A stretch of DNA of 64,000 nucleotides. Origin: Azolla caroliniana. Lineage: Eukaryota; Plantae; Polypodiophyta. Made by a program: the position numbers and the translations under genes. The notes beneath the pieces are model-generated. The model was not told the DNA's origin and searched no databases. It saw only the letters and a program-made list of their open reading frames with translations. Below, piece by piece: positions 55,931 through 64,000 of this stretch (positions are counted from its first letter, which is position 1; every line of letters starts with the position of its first letter). Location: positions 1 to 64,000 of the forward strand of contig JBHGNT010000021.1 of NCBI GenBank assembly GCA_043228905.1, in the 5' to 3' direction.

Positions 55931-58900
55931 CACAAATATCCGATATCACACGAGCCAGGTATGAACATCTTAATTCACTCACGCGCTCTTCCAACCTCAC
56001 TCCTCAAATTTGTTAATTTCGTCATGTCTCTCGACTAGAGTTTCAAAATCTTGATTTTGTAATTCCATATCATAGCTAGTGTTGTTAGCTTCGATTCGCA
56101 TGTTTGAACACAAATATCCGATATCACACGAACCAGGTATGAACATTGTAATTTACCTACTAGCTCTTCTCAACTCCCTCCTCAAATTTGGAAATTTCGT
56201 CATGTCTCTCGACCTGAGTTTCAAAATCTTGAATTTTTCAATTCCTTATCATAGCTAGCGTTGTTAGCTTCGATTCGCATGTTTGTACACAAAAATCCGA
56301 TATCACAAGAACCAGGTATGAACATTGTAATTTACCTACTAGCTCTTCTTAACTCCCTCCTCAAATTTGGAAATTTCGTCATGTCTCTCGACCTTAGTTT
56401 CAAAATCTTGATTTTTTAATTCCTTATCATAGCTAGCGTTGTTAGCTTCGTTTCGCATGTTTGAACACAAAAATCCGATATCACACTCGCTAGGTATGAC
56501 CATTTTAATTTACTCAAGGGCTCCTCTCAACTCACTCCTCAAATTTGCTAATTTCGTCATGTCTCTCGACTTTAGTTTCAAAATCTTGATTTTTTAATTC
56601 CATATCATAGCTAGCGTTGTTAGCTTCGATTCGCATGTTTGAACACAAAAATCCGATATCACACGAGCTAGGTATGAACATTTTTATTTACTCAAAGGCT
56701 CCTCTCAACTCCCTTGTCAAGGTTGCTAATTTCGTCATGTCTCTCGACCTGAGTTTCAAAATCTTGATTTTTTAATTCCATATCATAGCTAGCGTTGTTA
56801 GCTTCGATTCGCATGTTTGAACACAAAAATCCGATATCACGCTCGCTAGGTATGAACATTTTAATTTACTCAAGGGCTCCTCTCAACTCACTCCTCAAAT
56901 TTGCTAATTTCGTAATGCCTCTCGACCTGATTTTCAAAATCTTGATTTTTTAATTCCATATCATAGCTAGCGTTGTTAGCTTCGATTCCCATGTTTGAAC
57001 ACAAAAATCCGATATCACACGAGCTAGGTATGAACATTTTTATTTACTCAAGGGCTCCTCAAATTTACACGAGCTAGGTATGAACATTGTAATTTACACG
57101 AGCTAGGTATGAACATTGTAATTTACCTACTAGCTCTTCTCAACTCCCTCCTCAAATTTGGAAATTTCGTCATGTCTCTCGACCTGAGTTTCAAAATCTT
57201 GATTTTATAATTCCATATCATAGCTAGCGTTGTTAGCTTCGATTCGCATGTTTGTACACGAAATTCCGATATCACACTCGCTAGGTATGAACATTTTAAT
57301 TTACTCAAGGGCTCCTCTCAACTCACTCCTCAAATTTGCTAATTTCGTCATGTCTCTCGACCTGAGTTTCAAAATCTTGATTTTGTAATTCCATATCATA
57401 GCTAGCGTTGTTAGCTTCGATTCGCATGTTTGAACACAAATATCCGATATCACACGAACCAGGTATGAACATTGTAATTTACCTACTAGCTCTTCTCAAC
57501 TCCCTCCTCAAATTTGGAAATTTCGTCATGTCTCTCGACCTGAGTTTCAAAATCTTGAATTTTTCAATTCCTTATCATAGCTAGCGTTGTTAGCTTCGAT
57601 TCGCATGTTTGTACACAAAAATCCGATATCACACTCGCTAGGTATGACCATTTTAATTTACTCAAGGGCTCCTCTCAACTCACTCCTCAAATTTGCTAAT
57701 TCCGTCATGACTCTCGACCTTAGTTTCAAAATCTTGCTTTTTTAATTCTAGATCATAGCTAGCGTTGTTAGGTTTGATTCGCATGTTTGAACACAAAATT
57801 CCGATATCACACTCGCTAGGTATGAACATTTTAATTTACTCAAGGGCCCCTCTCAACTCCCTCCTCAAATTTGCTAATTTCGTCATGTCTCTCGACCTTA
57901 GTTTCAAAATCTTGATTTTTTAATTCCATATCATAGCTAGCGTTGTTAGCTTTGATTCGCATGTTTGTACACAAAAATCCGATATCACACTCGCTATGTA
58001 TGAACATTTTAATTTACTCAAGGGCTCCTCTCAACTCACTCCTCAAAGTTGGTAATTTCGTCATGTCTCTCGACCTGAGTTTCAAAATCTTGATTTTTTA
58101 ATTCCATATCATAGCTAGCGTTGTTAGCTTCGATTCGCATGTTTGAACACAAATATCCGATATCACACGAGCCAGGTATGAACATCTTAATTCACTCACG
58201 CGCTCTTCCAACCTCACTCCTCAAATTTGTTAATTTCGTCATGTCTCTCGACTAGAGTTTCAAAATCTTGATTTTGTAATTCCATATCATAGCTAGTGTT
58301 GTTAGCTTCGATTCGCATGTTTGAACACAAATATCCGATATCACACGAACCAGGTATGAACATTGTAATTTACCTACTAGCTCTTCTCAACTCCCTCCTC
58401 AAATTTGGAAATTTCGTCATGTCTCTCGACCTGAGTTTCAAAATCTTGAATTTTTCAATTCCTTATCATAGCTAGCGTTGTTAGCTTCGATTCGCATGTT
58501 TGTACACAAAAATCCGATATCACAAGAACCAGGTATGAACATTGTAATTTACCTACTAGCTCTTCTTAACTCCCTCCTCAAATTTGGAAATTTCGTCATG
58601 TCTCTCGACCTTAGTTTCAAAATCTTGATTTTTTAATTCCTTATCATAGCTAGCGTTGTTAGCTTCGTTTCGCATGTTTGAACACAAAAATCCGATATCA
58701 CACTCGCTACGTATGACCATTTTAATTTACTCAAGGGCTCCTCTCAACTCACTCCTCAAATTTGCTAATTTCGTCATGTCTCTCGACTTTAGTTTCAAAA
58801 TCTTGATTTTTTAATTCCATATCATAGCTAGCGTTGTTAGCTTCGATTCGCATGTTTGAACACAAAAATCCGATATCACACGAGCTAGGTATGAACATTT

Positions 58901-60660
58901 TTATTTACTCAAAGGCTCCTCTCAACTCCCTTGTCAAGGTTGCTAATTTCGTCATGTCTCTCGACCTGAGTTTCAAAATCTTGATTTTTTAATTCCATAT
59001 CATAGCTAGCGTTGTTAGCTTCGATTCGCATGTTTGAACACAAAAATCCGATATCACGCTCGCTAGGTATGAACATTTTAATTTACTCAAGGGCTCCTCT
59101 CAACTCACTCCTCAAATTTGCTAATTTCGTAATGCCTCTCGACCTGATTTTCAAAATCTTGATTTTTTAATTCCATATCATAGCTAGCGTTGTTAGCTTC
59201 GATTCCCATGTTTGAACACAAAAATCCGATATCACACGAGCTAGGTATGAACATTTTTATTTACTCAAGGGCTCCTCAAATTTACACGAGCTAGGTATGA
59301 ACATTGTAATTTACACGAGCTAGGTATGAACATTGTAATTTACCTACTAGCTCTTCTCAACTCCCTCCTCAAATTTGGAAATTTCGTCATGTCTCTCGAC
59401 CTGAGTTTCAAAATCTTGATTTTATAATTCCATATCATAGCTAGCGTTGTTAGCTTCGATTCGCATGTTTGTACACGAAATTCCGATATCACACTCGCTA
59501 GGTATGAACATTTTAATTTACTCAAGGGCTCCTCTCAACTCACTCCTCAAATTTGCTAATTTCGTCATGTCTCTCGACCTGAGTTTCAAAATCTTGATTT
59601 TGTAATTCCATATCATAGCTAGCGTTGTTAGCTTCGATTCGCATGTTTGAACACAAATATCCGATATCACACGAACCAGGTATGAACATTGTAATTTACC
59701 TACTAGCTCTTCTCAACTCCCTCCTCAAATTTGGAAATTTCGTCATGTCTCTCGACCTGAGTTTCAAAATCTTGAATTTTTCAATTCCTTATCATAGCTA
59801 GCGTTGTTAGCTTCGATTCGCATGTTTGTACACAAAAATCCGATATCACACTCGCTAGGTATGACCATTTTAATTTACTCAAGGGCTCCTCTCAACTCAC
59901 TCCTCAAATTTGCTAATTCCGTCATGACTCTCGACCTTAGTTTCAAAATCTTGCTTTTTTAATTCTAGATCATAGCTAGCGTTGTTAGGTTTGATTCGCA
60001 TGTTTGAACACAAAATTCCGATATCACACTCGCTAGGTATGAACATTTTAATTTACTCAAGGGCCCCTCTCAACTCCCTCCTCAAATTTGCTAATTTCGT
60101 CATGTCTCTCGACCTTAGTTTCAAAATCTTGATTTTTTAATTCCATATCATAGCTAGCGTTGTTAGCTTTGATTCGCATGTTTGTACACAAAAATCCGAT
60201 ATCACAAGAACCAGGTATGAACATTTTAATTTACTCAAGGGCTCCTCTCAACTCACTCCTCAAAGTTGGTAATTTCGTCATGTCTCTCGACCTGAGTTTC
60301 AAAATCTTGATTTTTTAATTCCATATCATAGCTAGCGTTGTTAGCTTCGATTCGCATGTTTGAACACAAATATCCGATATCACACGAGCCAGGTATGAAC
60401 ATCTTAATTCACTCACGCGCTCTTCCAACCTCACTCCTCAAATTTGTTAATTTCGTCATGTCTCTCGACTAGAGTTTCAAAATCTTGATTTTGTAATTCC
60501 ATATCATAGCTAGTGTTGTTAGCTTCGATTCGCATGTTTGAACACAAATATCCGATATCACACGAACCAGGTATGAACATTGTAATTTACCTACTAGCTC
60601 TTCTCAACTCCCTCCTCAAATTTGGAAATTTCGTCATGTCTCTCGACCTGAGTTTCAAAA
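54300..60660 (+). repeat. 12-monomer higher-order repeat, period 2217 bp, about 2.9 near-identical copies
   Basis: ORFs 54906/57123/59340, GACTTTAG 54351/56568/58785 and ATCTTAATTC 55967/58184/60401 all give 2217 (12x178+79+2). Confidence 0.92.
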
Positions 60661-61960
60661 TCTTGATTTTTTAATTCCATATCAGAGCTAGCGTTGTTAG
60701 CTTCGATTCGCATTTTTGTACACAAAATTCCGATATCACACTCGCTAGGTATGAACATTTTAATTTACTCAAGGGCTCCTCTCAACTCACTCCTCAAATT
60801 TGCTAATTTCGTCATGTCTCTCGACCTGAGTTTCAAAATCTTGATTTTTCAATTCCATATCATAGCTAGCGTTTTTAGCTTCGATTCGCATGTTTGTACA
60901 CAAAAATCCGATATCACGGTCGCTAGGTATGACCATTTTAATTTACTCAAGGGCTCCTCTCAACTCACTCCTCAAATTTGCTAATTTCTTCATGTCTCTC
61001 GACCTTAGTTTCAAAATCTTGATTTTTTAATTCCATATCATAGCTAGCGTTGTTAGCTTCGATTCGCATGTTTGTACACAAAAATCCGATATCACACTCG
61101 CTAGGTATGACCATTTTAATTTACTCAAGGGCTCCTCTCAACTCACTCCTCAAATTTACTAATTTCGTCATGTCTCTCAACCTTAGTTTCAAAATCTTGA
61201 TTTTTTAATTCCATATCATAGCTAGCGTTGTTAGCTTCAATTCGCATGTTTGAACAGAAAAATCCGATATCATACGAGCCAGGTATGAACATTTTAATTC
61301 ACTCACGCGCTCTTCCAACCTCACTCCTCAAATTTGGTAATTTCGTCATGTCTCTCGACTGGAGTTTCAAAATCTTGATTTTGTAATTCCATATCATAGC
61401 TAGCGTTGTTAGCTTCGATTCGCATGTTTGAACACAAAAATCCGATATTACACGAACCAGGTATGAACATTGTAATTTACCTACTAGCTCTTCTCAACTC
61501 CCTCCTCAAATTTGGAAATTTCGTCATGTCTCTCGACCTGAGTTTCAAAATCTTGATTTTATAATTCCATATCATAGCTAGCGTTGTTAGCTTCGATTCG
61601 CATGTTTGTACACGAAATTCCGATATCACACTCGCTAGGTATGAACATTTTAATTTACTCAAGGGCTCCTCTCAACTCACTCCTCAAATTTGCTAATTTC
61701 GTCATGTCTCTCGACCTGAGTTTCAAAATCTTGATTTTTCAATTCCATATCATAGCTAGCGTTGTTAGCTTCGATTCGCATGTTTGAACACAAATATCCG
61801 ATATCACACGAACCAGGTATGAACATTGTAATTTACCTACTAGCTCTTCTCAACTCCCTCCTCAAATTTGGAAATTTCGTCATGTCTCTCGACCTGAGTT
61901 TCAAAATCTTGATTTTTTAATTCCATATCATAGCTAGCGTTGTTAGCTTCGATTCGCATG
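60660..61960 (+). repeat. Copy of the ~49.3-50.6 kb block at offset 11358 bp
   Basis: ORF pairs 49336/60694, 50119/61477 and 50226/61584; shared private variants ATCAGAGC, GAACAGAAAAA and GATATTACAC. Confidence 0.85.
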
Positions 61961-64000
61961 TTTGAACACAAAAATCCGATATCACGCTCGCTAGGTATGA
62001 ACATTTTAATTTACTCAAGGGCTCCTCTCAACTCACTCCTCAACTTTGCTAATTTCGTCATGCCTCTCGACCTGATTTTCAAAATCTTGATTTTTTAATT
62101 CCATATCATAGCTAGCGTTGTTAGCTTCGATTCGCATGTTTGTACACAAAATTCCGATATCACACTCGCTAGGTATAAACATTTTAATTTACTCAAGGGC
62201 TCCTCTCAACTCACTCCTCAAATTTGCTAATTTCGTCATGCCTCTCGACCTGATTTTCAAAATCTTGATTTTTTAATTCCATATCATAGCTAGCGTTGTT
62301 AGCTTCGATTCGCATGTTTGATCACAAATATCCGATATCACACGAGCCAGGTATGAACATTTTAATTCACTCACGCGCTCTTCCAACCTCACTCCTCAAA
62401 TTTGGTAATTTCGTCATGTCTCTCGACTGGAGTTTCAAAATCTTGATTTTGTAATTCCATATCATAGCTAGCGTTGTTAGCTTCGATTCGCATGTTTGAA
62501 CACAAAAATCCGATATCACACGAACCAGGTATGAACATTGTAATTTACCTACTAGCTCTTCTCAACTCCCTCCTCAAATTTGGTAATTTCGTCATGTCTC
62601 TCGACCTTAGTTTCAAAATCTTGATTTTTTAATTCCATATCATAGCTAGCGTTGTTAGCTTCGATTCGCATGTTTGTACACAAAAATCCGATATCACACT
62701 CGCTATGTATGAACATTTTAATTTACTCAAGGGCTCCTCTCAACTCACTCAAATTTGCTAATTTCGTGATGCCTCTCGACCTGATTTTCAAAATCTTGAT
62801 TTTTTAATTCCATATCATAGCTAGCGTTGTTAGCTTCGATTCGGATGTTTTTACACAAAATTCCGATATCACACTCGCTAGGTATGAACATTTTAATTTA
62901 CTCAAGGGCTCCTCTCAACTCACTCCTCAAATTTGCTAATTTCGTCATGCCTCTCGACCTTATTTTCAAAATCTTGATTTTTTAATTCCATATCATAGGT
63001 AGCGTTGTTAGCTTCGATTCGCATGTTTGAACACAAATATCCGATATCACACGAGCCAGGTATGAACATTTTAATTCACTCACGCGCTCTTCCAACCTCA
63101 CTCCTCAAATTTGGTAATTTCGTCATGTCTCTCGACTAGAGTTTCAAAATCTTGATTTTGTAATTCCATATCATAGCTAGCGTTGTTAGCTTCGATTCGC
63201 ATGTTTGAACACAAAAATCCGATATCACACGAACCAGGTATGAACATTGTAATTTACCTACTAGCTCTTCTCAACTCCCTCCTCAAATTTGGAAATTTCG
63301 TCATGTCTCTCGACCTGAGTTTCAAAATCTTCATTTTTTAATTCCATATCATAGCTAGCGTTGTTAGCTTCGATTCGCATGTTTGTACACAAAAATCCGA
63401 TATCACACTCGCTAGGTATGACCATTTTAATTTACTCAAGGGCTCCTCTCAACTCACTCCTCAAATTTGGTAATTTCGTCATGTGTCTCGACCTGAGTTT
63501 CAAAATCTTGATTTTTCAATTCCATATCATAGCTAGCGTCGTTAGCTTCGATTCGCATGTTTGAACACAAAAATCCGATATCACACGAGCCAGCTATGAA
63601 CATTTTAATTCACTCACGCGCTCTTCCAACCTCACTCCTCAAATTTGGTAATTTCATCATGACTCTCGACCTGAGTTTCAAAATCTTGCTTTTTTAATTC
63701 TAGATCATAGCTAGCGTTGTTAGGTTTGATTCGCATGTTTGAACACAAAATTCCGATATCAGACTCGCTAGGTATGAACATTTTAATTTACTCAAGGGCC
63801 CCTCTCAACTCCCTCCTCAAATTTGGTAATTTCGTCATGTCTCTGGACCTTAGTTTCAAAATCTTGATTTTTTAATTCCATATCATAGCTAGCCTTGTTA
63901 GCTTCGATTCGCATGTTTGTACACAAAAATCCGATATCACACTCGCTATGTATGAACATTTTAATTTACTCAAGGGCTCCTCTCCACTCACTCCTCAAAT

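Larger units (their letters stand above)
1..64000 (+). repeat. Tandem satellite DNA array, 178-bp monomer, 358 copies, all in one orientation (putative centromeric/pericentromeric satellite)
   Basis: AAATTTGCTAATTTCGTCATG starts at 1 and again at 179. Core motifs (TCGTCATGTCTCTCGAC, CAAAATCTTGATTTT, ATCATAGCTAGCGTTGTTAGCTTCGATTCGCATGTTTG, AAATCCGATATCAC) recur every ~178 bp to the end. Offsets between equivalent ORFs are multiples of 178 plus the listed indels. The centromeric role is inference only. Confidence 0.98.

Noticed and set aside
34576-59345. Insertions as transposon footprints or MITEs
   Set aside because: They consist wholly of satellite-derived sequence, with no terminal inverted repeats or foreign DNA.
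1681-63564. All supplied ORFs (MLASIRMF..., MSKLKCSYL... and similar) as protein-coding genes
   Set aside because: They are translations of 1-2 monomers that open only where a point variant removes a stop (e.g. TAA to CAA/CAG). Many start at TTG/GTG, 178 is not a multiple of 3, and no domain is recognisable.
1-64000. CRISPR array or cassette array (conserved part plus variable part)
   Set aside because: The variable segments are homologous alleles of one sequence, not unique spacers. The unit is too long, and no cas gene, integrase or leader is present.

Overview
The whole 64 kb window is one uninterrupted, head-to-tail, single-orientation satellite DNA array with a 178-bp monomer (~36% GC by hand count of monomer 1). 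It holds 358 monomers plus a net +272 bp of indels that I could list one by one; this count reproduces the window length exactly (358x178+272+4=64000). I see no genes, RNA genes, transposons or CRISPR spacers, and all supplied ORFs are translations of the monomer. The nucleosome-sized unit and layered higher-order repeats (HORs) suggest a eukaryotic (peri)centromeric satellite, but I cannot name the family or species. I found no novel protein-coding system. The notable signal is mutational and architectural: (i) four monomer subtypes; (ii) local HORs of 4, 5, 7, 12, 15, 20 and 26/32 monomers, some nested; (iii) complex templated patchwork insertions (+24, +70, +79 bp) with microhomology junctions; (iv) a quasi-palindrome that is perfected by two independent substitutions and trimmed by a symmetric 11-bp deletion; (v) an 8-bp conversion patch inside an otherwise near-identical HOR copy.
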